A DNA stretch of 64,000 bases from Camelus ferus. Taxonomy: Eukaryota. Below, in pieces: positions 35,336 through 49,520 of the stretch. Made by a program: the position numbers and the translations under genes. The notes below the pieces were generated by a model, which searched no databases, had not been told where the DNA came from, and saw only the letters and a program-made list of their open reading frames with translations. Within the stretch, counting starts at the first letter, position 1. The number at the start of each line of letters is the position of its first letter. The stretch covers positions 37,326,001 through 37,390,000 of the forward strand of contig NC_045697.1 in the NCBI RefSeq assembly GCF_009834535.1, given 5' to 3'.

Positions 35336-36089
35336 TTACTAAGGATTTGGGGTAGCAATGAGTCAGTAAGTGCCCTGCTTAAGAAAAAACAGAGCTGGGC
35401 CAGTTAACTGTAGTTTTCTTTTACTGAATGCAATTTGCAGGTTGGGGGCCAAAACAAAAAAGCTGGATTTGAATGAAGAAAGGATAGAGAAGACTTCCAC
35501 GTGGGTCAGGAAAAGGAGATCTTGGAAAAGAGGTAACTCTAGTGAGAATATTTAAGACAGCCTTTTATGGATATGGGGGACAAACCTTTATTTTTCCCAA
35601 GAAAACTTCAGCAAAGGCTGAAAAAAAAAATCACAAAATGGCTGCATGTAATAGAGATTCCTTGTGGAAAATGGTAAAGGAGCTGAATGCCACTGGGCAT
35701 GGACTTGAGATGCGTCAGCACACGGAGATGGGGGGTGGATGTCCGTCCAACTGGGTTCTATCTGTTCAACACAGTATTTCTTTTCTTCCAACACCTATTA
35801 ACATCTCAGAACTGGCACTCCGCAGATTCAAATTTGGGAACACTCTGGTCTTATTCATTCCCCTTTCACATCATCTGACTAAAGAACGGAGCTTGAGAAA
35901 GTTCTCAATTTGACTTCTGGCAGAAATAACCAAGGGTAATATTTAAAATGTCTAACGCATGAGTTCCGGTGAATGAGTGGATAACTGTCAACCCAGGGCA
36001 TTCAAGCTGAATATCAGCCCTACAAAATCCCACTCTCTTCTCAGGCTACCTTTAATTCTTGTGCTGGAATTTAGACTCCTCTCTCTTTT

Positions 36090-36412
36090 CTTAAATTAAT
36101 TAATTTTTAAATTGAAGTATATAGTCAATTACAATGTGTCAGTTTCTGGTGTATAGCATGATGTCACAGTCATGCATATATATACAAATATATTCATTTT
36201 CATATTCTTTTTCATTAAAAGTTATTACAATATATTGAATATAGTTCCCTGTGCTAGACAGAAATTTGTTTTTTTAATATATTTTTATATACAGTAGTTA
36301 ATATTTGCAAATCTTGATCTCCCAAGTTTATCCCTTCCCACCCCCTTTCCCCCAGTAACTATAAGATTGTTTACTATGGGAGTCTGTTTCAATTTTGTAG
36401 ATGAGTTCATTA
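36090..36412 (-). mobile_element. Young L1 3' end
   Basis: Highly similar to the 5006-5305 copy (attgaagtatatagtcaattacaatgtg...ttatcccttcccaccccc). Confidence 0.85.
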
Positions 36413-36756
36413 GTTAGATTCATTGCTTAATAGAACTGGAGAGGCCTTGGACACCTTATTCTTCAACCACCTCCTTGGATGGAAGGGAAGAGAAATGGCT
36501 GGTTCGTGGCACAATTGGGGCTAAAACCCCAGCCCACTAATTATGGGGCACACCAGCAGTTACTCCATGAAATGCAGTGAATAACTCGCTGCTAGATAGC
36601 CAAGACAAAAATCACCAAATGCTATCATCTTCCTCCTCACACCCTCCCCACATATTATCTGTTTTGGGTCTACAGTTGTGCGGAAACCCTGTACTTATGA
36701 ATAAGACCACAGCAGCTGGGCTTTGCCTGGATGTGGAAGAAGGAACTTTTTGGACC

Positions 36757-37155
36757 TGTATTAGGATAGGATAGGCTGCAGTAATAAATAGACCCATACA
36801 AGCTGGAGCTAAGCACAACAGAAGCTTATTTCCTGCTCACAAGATAGTCCAGAATGGTTCCCATTCTGGGGGGTTAGGGGATGGAGGTGGGAACTCTTCA
36901 GTTACTCAGGAACCCAGGCTGATGGAAGTTCTGCCACCTTCAGCATACAGCATCTGAGGCGGCTCAGGGCTCTCCATCTCAGTCAGCAGGACGGAGAAGG
37001 ACACTTGGAAGCTTGTGAACTGGATTGGAAGCAGCACATATCACTTCTGTTCCACTCCCATTGGCTAGACTCCAGTTACATGGCCAGAGAAGACAGGAAA
37101 TGACGTTCAGCTGTGAACCAAGGAAAGAGCAGAAAGACATTTTGGTGCGTAGATA
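36757..37155 (-). mobile_element. MaLR LTR (MLT1J-like)
   Basis: tgtattaggataggataggctgcagtaataaatagaccc...cacttctgttccactcccattggctagac. Confidence 0.65.
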
Positions 37156-38699
37156 CTTTGACTTTCATTTTCCCATGAACTTATGAAGCATGAGCATTTA
37201 TGACATCAGCCTCCCCATCTCTAACTGTGTGAATAAAATAAAAAGAAATGACAACTGGGTTCAATTGTGACTTTTTCGTGTTTTTCACTTTCTAATGTTT
37301 CTGGTAGCCTGGTTTGTGTTTAGGAACAAAATTGACAATTGTTGGTAGTCAATGTAGAGTTCTGCTCCAAATCCTTATGGGTGCTTGTAGCCCCCCTCCT
37401 TTCCCTCCTTTCTATGAATGAAAGAGAAGTGCTGGATACATGAAAGCCTATTAATCCAACAGACAGAAGATTTCGGTTCAAACTCTTCCACTCCCTAGCT
37501 GTCTGACCTAGGGCAAGTCAATTAACCTTTTAGAGCCCCAGTGTCCTTTGATTAAAAATTAAAAATGCACATAGCAGCTCCGGCAAGACATCGGGGCTCA
37601 GAAAGTATAAGAGTTTCCTCCATCATTTCCCATACACTCTCAGATCCTTCTTGGAGGATTCATTTCAGGAGTGCGTTGGCATTGTTCACGTAGGTTCTGT
37701 TTTGGGCTGGGGGTGGGGGTGGGGCCAGGAAGGAAGGCTTACCTAAACATGACATCGAAATGTCACACTTAAATAGGGACATTTTAGTGAGCCATCTATT
37801 TCTCCTTGAAAGCTAAGAGAAAGACCAATTTTTCCATAAACTTGGTGTTGTTGGTGGGTTTTGGTTTGGGTTTTTTTGCCATTTCCAAGCCAAGAATAAA
37901 TTTACAGTCATTTCGTGTCTGAGTCAGTCCTTAAATAAAGGTACAATGCAGAATATAGACTTGGTGAACTGCATTATGCACAGAAAAAAATCAGTGAAAC
38001 TTGTAATGCATCATGAACTTGGAGCATATTTTTATTTCCCAAGATACATCAAACTTCAGGATAAATTTTTCTTTTTTGCACTTACAGTATCAGTGATAAT
38101 GATGATGATTTTTGCATTAAGGACATAGCATCAATTTAAAAGGAATACAAGTAAATACTTTAAATATTATTTCTACATCCTCAAACATCCTCGTGAGGAT
38201 TGAGAGGAAAGAGTATGGTGAAGTTACTATACTACTATAGCTCTTTTCTCCCAAGAAATTCTAAGAACTGTACTAATAATTCCATTTTTCCTGGATGAAT
38301 TGAAGCAATACACAAAATACCTCAGCTTAATAAATGGAAAAACTGAGGCCAGAAAAGGTACATTCACCGCTTGTCAAATATTATGTACAGAAAAGCCACA
38401 ATGTAGACTCAGGTTTTCTGACTTCCATCCTGTAGTTTCTGATTCATTTATTCATTCACATACTCCTTCATTCACTTACTCTTTCATTCATTCAGCAGAT
38501 ACTAAGGACACAGCAGTAATAAGGGCTGTGAAGGACACCAAAGAGATGGGAGACAATTCTTGGAGTCAAAGATTACAGTCTAGTTGAAGAGACAAAACTA
38601 ACACGACAAAAGAAAAAAGCAACAAAACAGAGTCCAAATGAGTAAGTGCCTGGTACTCTGGTCAGAGAAGGGCTTAAAGAGCTCAAAGAGCATCCACGA

Positions 38700-38942
38700 A
38701 ACTGGCATTGCATGTTGTAAAGATGAACGATAAAACGCCTGCTAGTAAATTTTTAACTTTCTCTTTCTGAGAAAGACATTAAATAGCAAATAAAAAAACA
38801 CCAGAAGTAGAGAGAGAGACTGCAGAAGAAAGGGAAAAGCTTTTTCTTTTTGTAACTTTAGCAGCATTTTCTCCTTCTTTTTGAACAAAAGGCCCCGCAT
38901 TTTCATTTTTTGCTGGCCCCCACATATTACAGAGCAGACCCT
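38700..38942. mobile_element. hAT-Tip100 element (MER45-like)
   Basis: tttttgaacaaaaggccccgcattttcattttttgctggccccc...agaccct terminus. Confidence 0.6.
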
Positions 38943-39179
38943 ATCCATCAGTTTGCCTCCCTCTTGTGAGATCTGGAAGCAAAATCACATGGACACCATC
39001 TTCTGTCATCCCCATCACTTTCGTCCACATAATTGCCTCTGGCTGAGACCAGCCATGGCTCGTGGCTTCTGTCACTTTCATCACAAGGTAGAAACAATAG
39101 GAATCCTAGAGGAAGGTTTAAATCAGGTAGACTTCCTTACCTATTTCAAAGGTAATTCAGGGTTTTAAGTCTAATATTA

Positions 39180-40010
39180 TTTTTTAATTAATTTTAATTT
39201 TTATTGAGGTCATGCTTTTGTATAATTTATTTCAAATAGCATGTGATTTTTAAAATTAATTTGCATATCATAAATTTCACCGTTTCAAAGAGTACCATTC
39301 CATAGTTTGTAGTATATTCACAAGGTTGTGCAACCACCACCACTAACTGATTCCAGAATATTTTCATCACCCCAAAAAGAAACCCTGTACCTCTTGGCAG
39401 GCACTCATTTCTCCCTTCCTAAAGCCCCTGGCAATCACGAATCTACTTTCTGCCTCTGTGGATTTGCCTGTTCCGGATAGTTCATATAAATGGAATCATA
39501 CAATATGATCTTTGGGGCTTGACTTCTTTCACTGGGCGGAATGTGTTCAAGGCTTATCTTAGTGTCAGCAGGTATCAGTACCCCATTCCTTTTTGTGGAT
39601 GAACGATATTCCATTACATGGTATGCCACATTTTGATTACCTATTTGATTATCACTGCGGTATAAAGTTTGAATGAAAAGAATAATCCCAGGCTCTTTTC
39701 TATCCTTCTCCACACTCTTACTCCCCAAAGGAACCACTTCGTACTCTTTAGTTATTTCTCCTGGTAGGTACCTCCCTGTTTCCATAAAGCATCTTTATAC
39801 TGCTATTGATTTATAATTTTGTGATATTGATATAGTCCTACTTTGGAAGATGATCACATGTCACTTTGATACCTCCACACAGACCTAGTCCTTCTTCTTC
39901 TTTCGGGACAATTTTTAGTTAAATCAGTATTTAGTGGTCAGATTACTGTGACCATATAAAATACTGTTTTACCACTGCTGAGGCAAGAATTAGATCGTTA
40001 TTACTTCCGC
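39180..40010 (-). mobile_element. L1 (L1MB/ME-like) 3' fragments
   Basis: ttccagaatattttcatcaccccaaaaagaaaccctgtacc...catataaatggaatcatacaatatg. Confidence 0.75.
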
Positions 40011-40029
40011 TTTTCTGAACCAGGAGAAT

Positions 40030-41285
40030 CAGCTCTCTTCCTGATCTCCCCATGCTGGAGAACCATGGGCCCAGGCCCTGGACCACTTCTTTTCTTTGTT
40101 TATGCTCACTCCCTAGCCATCCCCATGGCTTTAAATATTATCCAAATGCTTCTAACTCCCAAATTTATTTTGCCAGTCTCATCTTCATTTGAATTCCAGA
40201 CTTATGTGGTCCCCTGCTGACTTGACATTTCCACTCGGATGTCCCACAGGCACCATAGACCTAACTGGCTGAAAGCAGATCCCCTCCTCTGGAACCACAA
40301 CCTTCCTCTCCTCGGGAAATGGCATGTCCGTTCTTCCAGTTGGTTAAGCCCCAAAACTTGGAATTGTCCCTGTCTCTTTTTTTCCCCTTGCATACCCTAT
40401 ATCCAATCCACAGAAAATTCAGTCAACTCTACATCAAGATACATCAAAAATCCAACCCCTTCTCACCACTCCCTGCTCCTACCATCTCAAGTCCAGGACA
40501 CTATCATCTACCACCCACACTATGACAATAACCTCCTGACTGGGCTCCCTACTGCCATCCTGGCCTCTCCATAGCTACTTGTCCACACACACAGCTGGAA
40601 TCATCCTTTTAAAACATGAATCTTATCACATCATTTCCTTGTTCAAATCTTTCCACTGGTTTTCTTTCTTTCTTTCTTTTTTAATGGAGGTACCAGGGAT
40701 GAACCCAGGACCCCACGCATGCTAAGTGTGCCCTCTACCACTGAGCTATTTCCCTCCCCCTTTGCCAATGGTTTTCTCTTACACAGATAAAAGGTGCTAT
40801 AAGATCTGGCTTTGCTGTGTCTTTGACCGCATCTTTTCCCACTCTCCCTAAACTTACTTTGTTCCATCAGCATTGGCTTCCTTGCCACCACACATAGAAC
40901 CCTTTAAGTTCATTCCAACCTCAGGGCCTTTGCACGTGCTGTTCCCGCTCCCAGAATGCTTTTCTCCCATATAGCAGCATGGTTGGCTCCCTTGCTTCTC
41001 TAATGTCTTACCTGCTCAAATGCCACTATATTAGGGTGCTATTCCTGATTAGCCTGTATAAATGAACACCCTACTATGCCTCTCTCTATAAGCCTTACCT
41101 TGCTTAATTTTTCTCACAGTATTATCCTCACCTGACACATTATATATTTGTCTGTTTATTGTCTGCTCTCTTCCCCTGGAGGGCAGGCATTGTCTGTTGT
41201 ATGTCCTACCATATTTCCAGTGTCTCAGATGTGCCTGGAATAGAGTGGGTACTCAATATTTGATGACTGAATTAATTAATTTAAA
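40030..41285 (+). mobile_element. L2 3' region, interrupted by a SINE
   Basis: catggctttaaatattatcc, cctcctgactgggctccct, cctcagggcctttgcacgtgctgttccc, tail gtgcctggaatagagtgggtactcaata. Confidence 0.85.
40660..40760 (-). mobile_element. tRNA-derived SINE (vic-1-like)
   Basis: ggaggtaccagggatgaacccagg...ctctaccactgagcta; TSD cca(c/a)tggtttt. Confidence 0.9.
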
Positions 41286-42674
41286 AATGTCAATAAACAC
41301 ATGTATTCAATCAATCCACGGGTTGCATTCGGAAGCAGAATTTCATATTTTGCATTAAAAAGTCTATGTGGCTTCCCCTCATAAATGCCTCCCTAGTTAG
41401 TAGGATTCTCTGTTTAAGACTCATTCTCTTCCACTAGCCTGAAGCTCCTCAGATGAATTCACAGTGCCTGGCAGAGAGGAGACCCTCAAAAGTCTGTGGG
41501 ACTGTAACATCTCAGGGATTTAAGGAACTAATGGGTATGACTGCTCATCAAGGTCACATGTACTCATCCCTCAGATTCATTTAAGGAGTGAATCCAATAC
41601 GTCAGATTCTACAACCTCATTCATCCATTCATTCATATAACATTCAAGCATTCAATCTGATCTGTGTTGAACACCTTCTCTGTGAAAGTCTCTAGTTCCT
41701 AAATACTTTCTATTGTATCTAAATGACCTGCCCTCCCCTTTACTGGTCTAAAGTGTTATTTCTTGTTCTGACCTCAGTTTAGCTGGGGAACAGCTGGGTA
41801 CCAGCATCTGTCTAATCACCCTTCATCCCTTGGTAACTATTAAGACATGCCAGGATGCTCTTTGCTGATGCCTCTCAAATTTAAAATGGGGACACTGGGT
41901 ATTCAAAACAGAGGACCTTGACATTCGAATACCCGCCCCTCACTTTTCCTGCCTGGTTGTTGACTTTCAGGGTTGGGCATAGGCAGCTCATCCTTCCGTA
42001 GGGCTGGTATTTGGTTTGATGGATTGACTTCATAGACAATGGGCACATTTTCATAAGTCATCACACCAGGAGGAACCCACGTACTTGGAAGCAATGTGTG
42101 ACAGCATGATGAAAAGTGAGGTCACATTTTACGTATGGAATTTGAATTCTGTTCAGCTGGTATGGAGCAATTCAAAACTGTGGGGAAAGAGATGAGGCCA
42201 AATTGAAAGCCCCCATCCCTCCATCCTCCTACCCGCGCCAAGAATTACAGGAGTGCTGTTTTGTAGTCAGGTCTTTAGAATTTCTCTACAAAGTCACTGG
42301 GCTGGCTGTATATCCTTCCAAACTCCTGGCTTTAGTTGGAATGAAAAAGTGTCCTTGGAGTGAGTTTCCTGAAACTCTGCTGTGTTATGTAAATAAACCT
42401 GTTTTATAATAAAGTCCACAGGAGACCTTTTACTGTATGTAGGGCCTTGTTTTAAGGTCAGAAGTCAAGAAAGAAGGGTATTGACAAATCAGTGTTATTG
42501 TTTTGCAACAATTATTCACTGTTTTTACTATCTTTTAAAAGGAGAACATTTGCAGGGTAAAGGTATGTTTTACTTTTAGAAACAAGAGGCAAAAATTCAT
42601 TCTTTTTTTAAAAAAAAGGTGAACCTAATTCTTTCATTTCAAGAGGGGATTCCTTGGAGCAGCAAGCTCTCCTA

Positions 42675-42807
42675 TTTTATTTTATTTTATTTGATGGGGG
42701 AGGTAATTCGGTTTATTTAGTTAGTTTTGAATGGAGGAACTGGGGATTGAACCTAGGACCTCCTGCAAGCTAAACACACACTCTACCACTGAGCTACACC
42801 CTCCCCC
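42675..42807 (-). mobile_element. tRNA-derived SINE (vic-1-like)
   Basis: ggaggaactggggattgaacctagg...ctctaccactgagctacaccctcccc; TSD tctcctatt. Confidence 0.92.
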
Positions 42808-44004
42808 ATTGTCTCCTATTGTATTTTAAATGGTTCAGTTTGCACATACAGCTATGCATATGCATACAATTTGATTCACAACCAGCTTTTTGTTTTCTGG
42901 GTTTTGCTGCCAGGTTCAGAGCTATTGTGTAAAAGACTATCCATTTGCACGTGGGACATTAGTAGGGGAAATGGGCTCATCTGCCCGGAAAGGTGAGCAA
43001 GGAGTTCAGGATATAAAACTAACTCCTGATTCCTATCAGGTGCATTTGCCTGTGAAGGGACCTATTGGGCTGTAAGGAGGTGGAGTTACAGCCCCAGGCC
43101 AGACTGTTGGGAGGTGTCCTTAGACCCGCAGGTGGGGTGGGGGTGGGGCTGGTTACTGGTGCTGCTCCTGGGTTAGACTCCTTTTGTTTTCCTCTGAAAG
43201 GTTGGCTCCAGCCTCCAGAAACCTGCTTGTGGCTGGTTCTCCTGCCAGGTGCTTCTGTCCTTGGGAAGGTATGTGAACACAGGAACAGCTCAGGACACAT
43301 GGTTTATAATTTGATACAGCAATTCTCCGGATATGCACAGCCATTTTTCAAAATCATTCTTTCCCCTTGATCTCATCCCTAGAAGTTATTTTCTGTTGCT
43401 CTCTTTAGGACATTTTCAGAATCCTGTGTTCCTTAGCCTAACTTCCCAGCTTTTACCTGTAAGTCCCAGACAAGAGCTTTTCACCCACCTCCCGCCCTCA
43501 GTCTCCACGGGAGCCATGTTTCCTCTTAGCAAGGATGTAAGCAGATTTAGAAGTCTTCTGGATGGAGTTCCTCAAAGCACCTGTGCAGTCAAGTCGCCCA
43601 TTGATACCCAGCTAACCAAACACTCTGTTTTGATAGGAGATAGATTATCAGAATAGGTAGAAAAGAAGCAAGTTTCAGCGAGTAAGTAATAGGCAGACAA
43701 ATTGCAGATTTCTTTGTTAATTCTTCCGTCAACTCTCTGTATGACCTTGAGTTTCTAAGACTTACCATAAATACAGAGAACCTCAGATAACTTCCCAGGG
43801 CTATTTTGAGCAATGCACATTAATTGGTCAAGTAATGCAGTGATTACAAATGATTTTGTAAATGCAAAGCTTTATAAATACTAAGTAATTCTTCTGCATG
43901 ACTTACTAATGTCTAGACTAAAAGCTACAGAAGGAAGTCCACATTGCTTGTACAGTAATGTATAAACACATATAATAAGATATATAATAATATTACATAT
44001 AATA

Positions 44005-44530
44005 ATAAGAGCTAACAAGTATGAAGCCTTTATGTCTCAGGAGCTGAGCTTAGATTACCTTGTTTAATTTCCCCAAAAAAACTTACTGGGCAATACTTTC
44101 ATTTTCCTCATTTTAGAGATGAGGACACTGAGGCACAAAGAAGTTAAATAATTTCCCAAAGTCTTGAAGCCAAGAAGGGCCAGAACCTCGACAATTCATT
44201 TTCATAATGGCTCTTCCCTACCCTGCTGTAACATCCACTTATATCTGGAAGTCTCTGAACCACTGCAGAAAAGTTTAGTAATTCTGTTTCATTAAAACCT
44301 TCAGTCCATTAGATGAGATAATGAATCCTTGTTGAACAATCACTGGGGACAATCACACATATTAGATCATTTAATTCTCACATCAACCCTAAGAAGTTGG
44401 TACTGATTCCCGGCTTATACATTAAGCACAGAGATGTTAAGAAACTTGTCCATGGTCACAGTTAACAAGTGGCAGAGGCTGGCTTTGAACCTTCGGCGGT
44501 CTGGATCCAGAGTCTGTGCACTTTATCAAT
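44005..44530 (-). mobile_element. MIR fragments (~44005-44190, ~44360-44530)
   Basis: ttttagagatgaggacactgaggcacaaagaagttaaataattt; gttaagaaacttgtccatggtcacag. Confidence 0.75.
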
Positions 44531-45840
44531 AAGTAACCCCACCAATGACTGCAAGTGTAGAGCAGCGTGTAGAACCCTGTTATTGACTCAAGGAGTAGAC
44601 GTGACCACTAAACTAACTGTCTGATCTTGGGCCTCTGTTTCTTCATCTGTAAAATGGGCATCCTCCAAAGTATCTGCCAGCCCAGTAATTCTGTACTTTA
44701 ACAAGTCTGCATTTTCTTAAATAGGAGTCTGGAGAACAAACACTCACTATAGCTTCAGGACAAGTGGGTCGCAAACATCGCAGTTTCAGAAATTTGAGAA
44801 CAGGAGATCTACACAAGGCTGGTGCTTCATGCAGGAGCCCGAGGTGCTAGTGAGACTTTCAGGAGGTAAAACCCCTTGTCAGGAGAACAGTGTTGTGATC
44901 CGGGGGAAGTGAGAGCTGATGTGGGCTGTAGAGACATGGGACAGAGAGGCCGTGGAGGACTCATCCAGAGTAGAAGGTAGGAAAATGGTTTAAAAAAAAC
45001 AACAAGTAAAAGTGGCACTGCATTTTGTGGCTATGGATGTGATATTGGGAAAGAAAGAGAAGCTGCAATTGTTTCATTCTTAAAATGCAAATCTTACAGG
45101 AAGGGCAGCACATAAAGAAGGAGCGTAAGGGCTTTGGAACAGGACACACGGGGGCTTGATGCCTCTTCTGCCACTTTGTAGCTTGTGATCCTGATTAAGG
45201 GCCTTCGTTTTTCTCCTTGATAGGACAGGAATCACACTAACACTGAGCGAAGACTCAATAAAGGCTCTTTTCTGTTCCAACCAGCCAGGACTGCCTCTAT
45301 CCCCAGCCTACCCCAAACCCCAACCTAAGAAATCAAAACCCAATTAACTCTTAGCAGTTATGAAACGCTTTGATCTTAAAGGAGGAATGAAGATGTCATA
45401 TTTGCCCCTGTTTTTCCTTTCAAGTTCCTCTAGACTTCTCAAAGAGCTTTGCTCTGATCTCAGAGACAAGGGATGGGAAGACTGGGAGAAGCAGCAATGA
45501 AGCAACCCGAAGTTAAAGGAGACCGGCTTGTCCCCAAAGGGTAAACACAGTAGGGTTCCACTAAAAGAAGTCATAATAGGAGTTTCCCCTTCCTCAGTCC
45601 TGCGTCCCCACCTCCACCCTGGGGAGGGCTGACGTGCAGACACCACCAGCGTCTGGCCAACAGCGACCAGCCCCACTGAAGAGAAGACTGTCAGAGGAGC
45701 GGCCTCCATCATCCCTCTTCTCATGTCCCCACAACGGAAGAAAGAGCAGGCTTAATGTCACTCCAGGGGAAGAGTGGGACGGGACGAGAGCAAAACATAC
45801 ATGCAAAAGGGCAAGTTGGTGACAGGGGGAAAAACCGAAA

Positions 45841-46275
45841 TGTATTAGTTTCCTATCACTGCTGTAACAAGTCACCACAAATGGTGGTTTAAAACAACAC
45901 AGATCAACCTCACTGTTATAGAGGTCAGAAATCCAAAATGGCTTGGAAGGCCAGCCTTCCTTCTAGAGACTCTAAGGGAGAACTCATTTCTTTGCCTTTT
46001 CCAGCTTCTAGAAGCTACCCAGATTTTTTGACTCCTGGTTTTAGATTCTCTGTTTCTATCATTACCTTTCCCTCTTAGACTCTGACCCTCCTGCCTGCCT
46101 CTCTTAAGGACCCTTGTGATGACGTTGGGCTCACATGGACAATCCTGGCTCTCACCTCGTCTCAAGAGCCTTAATTGGATCACATCTGCAGAGTCCCTCT
46201 TGTTGTGGAAGGTATCATAAGCACAGGATCCAGGGATGGGACAGCTTTGGAGCAGACCATCATTCAGCCTACCGT
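45841..46275 (-). mobile_element. MaLR LTR (MLT1C/D-like)
   Basis: tgtattagtttcctatcactgctgtaacaa...ccagcttctagaagct...cacatctgcagagtccct. Confidence 0.85.
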
Positions 46276-48207
46276 ACTTTCTAAGCTTTGGTAACCAGAA
46301 ATCTGATTTCTCTCCTCGTTAACTTTGTGATCACAAAACAACTCACTTCACTCTAAGCCTTGCTGTCTACGTCTATAAAAAGGAAGTAGTATTTTACTTG
46401 ATTCCTTTTGGGCTTGTAGGTCATCTGCATAGGATGTCCACTACGGTGCCTTGCGTGGTGAAAGAACACAGTCAACTTCAGTTGCCCTCCCCCTTCTCTA
46501 GCACATGATGGGTAGGCATTATGGGATTTTGGAGTTAGGGGTTGGGAGGGAGCACAGGGACTCTTGGCAGGGAAAATTGACTTTGAGATTTGTAGTCATT
46601 ATATGTGTGTTGCCCTGGGAAGGGGCATGATGTTGGCCAAGGTGGCTCTCTCCCACCAAGGCTGTCCCTGGAGAGCACTCAGCAGCAGCCAATGCTTCCA
46701 GCAGCTGGGGGAGTGCGTGTCCCTGCAGCAGGGACCTGGGAAGTCTACCATGGTTTCCACTACAGCAGCGAACCGTCTTGTCTTCTTGGCTAAAGACCAG
46801 AGAGGAAACAGATGGTAAGAGTCCTGACAGGCTGCATAGCTCGCGGGCTCAGAGGCTTACAGCTCATACTCCCAAGCAGGTAAGCCTGACTTCAAATCTC
46901 AGTTCTATTTCTTCCTGTTGTGTGATTTGGGGATGTCACCGAACTTCTCTGTGTCTCAGCTCCCTCACCTCTAGATTAGACGCTGATAGTTAATTTATCT
47001 CTTAGAATTGTTGTAAGTCTTAAATGTGGATTTCTCAGCACCGTGCCTGACATCTGGTCCCCTACATGTTAGATTTTGTGATCAATACTATTCTCACCAC
47101 CCCTTTTCTACTTTATCCTTTCTACCTAAACCCAAATGTTTAACAGGTGAGCTGGAAAGGAGAGGGAAGAATCCTACAAGAATACCCATCGGGACTTAAG
47201 ACACATATCAGTAAAGCAGGGAGCAGGGTAGAGGGGGTAGAGGGCAGGGATAAGGGCTTAGAGGGTGGGAGGAGGGATGTTAAGAGCCAGGCTGCGTAAG
47301 TAAGTGAGGTTCCATGCCACTCACTCACTAGCTGGGTGACCTTGGCGGGTCATTGTGGGAATTAAATGACATAAAACAAGTAAAGCTCTTAGGACACTAC
47401 CTGACACTTGATAGGCACCATGTATGTTTGCCATAATCATTCTTAGGCTACAACCTGTCCACAAAGGCAACACTTAGGACAAAGCCCTTGATTTAGACCT
47501 TGCAAGTTTCCCAAGAATTTTAAAACACTTGGACATCCAGACTGAATTCCTGAGTTGGCCACAAACCCTCTGTTTCATCTGCTACTAGAATAACCCTCCA
47601 CTAGCACTGATTCCCTGGATTAAGCGTTTAATCATTTACAACTGTAAGCAGGTTGTCAACACGGCTGATGCTAGTGTTTATCTGAGTTAGGATTGGATGG
47701 AGAAAAGGGATTTAGGGAAAATGATTCCAGAGATGAGCTAAAGGAATTGTGTTCTTTGAAAATCCTGGGCATCCCTTCAACACAAAATCAGGGGTAGTAA
47801 GATAGACTAAACTCTTCATGCATTTTATGACTTTTTCTTAATTCCTTTTTTACTTGGAATGTTAACAGTTGAGGATCTTCAAATACGGCAACCCTGGTAT
47901 ATCTGCCTCTTTCTCTTGCATAGATGTTCTCCAATTTTGCTTCTCCCTAGTCCAAACCCATGCTGGGAAGGGTCACAGAAGACATGAAATGATCAGAATC
48001 AAGCTGGAACTGCACTACTTGAATTGGGAGACGGAATAAAGGGGTTTAAGAGAACATCTCCTTCAGAGGGCCCAGACTCTAGGCTGAGAGCTCCTGCCCC
48101 ATCTTCTACTCTCCTCTCCTTGCTCATCTCTTTGGAGCAAAAACATCAGATATTTACTTTGATTTTCCTCTTCAAACGTGCTTGATTTTCAAGCCACGCT
48201 TGTTGCA

Positions 48208-48257
48208 AACACTGCCGCACTGGGCCCAGGCTAACACTGCCGCACTGGGCCCAGGCT
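48208..48257 (+). repeat. Perfect 25-bp tandem duplication
   Basis: aacactgccgcactgggcccaggct x2. Confidence 0.95.
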
Positions 48258-48789
48258 GGCTTCCCTGAGTTCTTACTACACAGGGGCAGAAGTAAACCAC
48301 AGGAATCTCAAGTCACGGAGCTAGTCAGTGTGTTGGACTCAATCTCTCTCCGCAACTAACTCCTCATTAGTTTTATCTGGTTAAGAGTCACAGTAAAGTT
48401 TCTCCTGCAACTATGGTGTCAGATTTTTTTTTCTAAAGCAAGTAAGTAATAAAACAAACATGCAAAGTATTTTGATAAGAGGGGCAATTACGCTGTCTAT
48501 CTTTCAGAATCCGAAGAAAGAACTCCTAGTGACCCAAGTTTTTGGCATTAAGAGAGATACTTAGCAGACAGGATCATGCCCCTGATTTTTATCTTTGTGG
48601 ATTTAAACTCAATGAAAGTCAGTTCACAGAGTTATTATTACCAGGCTGGAAAGGACTGTCCATTTCCTGCACTGACTTTTCATCTCAGAAGCCACAGTTG
48701 ACTTTAAATCTTGTGATTTTTTATTTCCCAAGAAAAGAATGAGAAGACTAGGCAAACAGAGAGAGTCATGGGACCTGGGGGGAAACCCC

Positions 48790-49520
48790 CTAATCAAAAT
48801 GTGAAACTTTTGCCCTTCTTTCTGTCTCCAGTGCCACTCTCCTAGGGCAATCAACCACCAGCTCTACCTGATTCGATTGCTTACAGCCGCCTCCTAATTT
48901 ACCTCCCTGTGTTAATGCTTGCCTGGCTCCTGTGTGTTTTTTCCACACACAATGGCCAGGGTGATTTTCAAAAAGTATAATCAAATTATATCACTCCCCT
49001 GACTAAAACTCTGTAGTCATTTCCTTTGCTTTTAGGGCAAACTCAAAGTTCTTACTGCGGATTCATGGCCTTGATTGTCCCTGCAGACTCAGCCCATGAT
49101 TTTCTAGCCCCATGAGACATCAATTCCTTAAGTAAGATCTTTCAGGCCTCAGGACGTTTGCACATGCTGTTTCCACTGTTTAGAAATCTTTCCTCCATCC
49201 TATTCCCTTCTTTCAAGTGACTCCCTCTTCTTATTTGTTAGACCTCACCTTAAATGTCACTTCCTCAGGCAGAACTTTCCAGACCATCCTATTTAAACTA
49301 GGATTCTCATTTGGATCATTAGTCTCTATATTAGTCTTTACACAGTATTTATCATGATTTGTCATTATTATTATTTATTTATATTTTTTTCTGATTTATT
49401 TTCTGCTTCTTGCTCTTGAATGTAGATGGCTAAAATCATGTTTTTCTTGTTCACCATTGTATTCTGTCTAGCAAGGCACTTGGCACAAAGTAGTAACTCA
49501 ACAAATATCTGTTATATCAA
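48790..49520 (+). mobile_element. L2 3' region
   Basis: gcctcctaatttacctccctg, cctcaggacgtttgcacatgctgtt, aaatgtcacttcctcagg, tail cttggcacaaagtagtaactcaacaaata. Confidence 0.8.
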
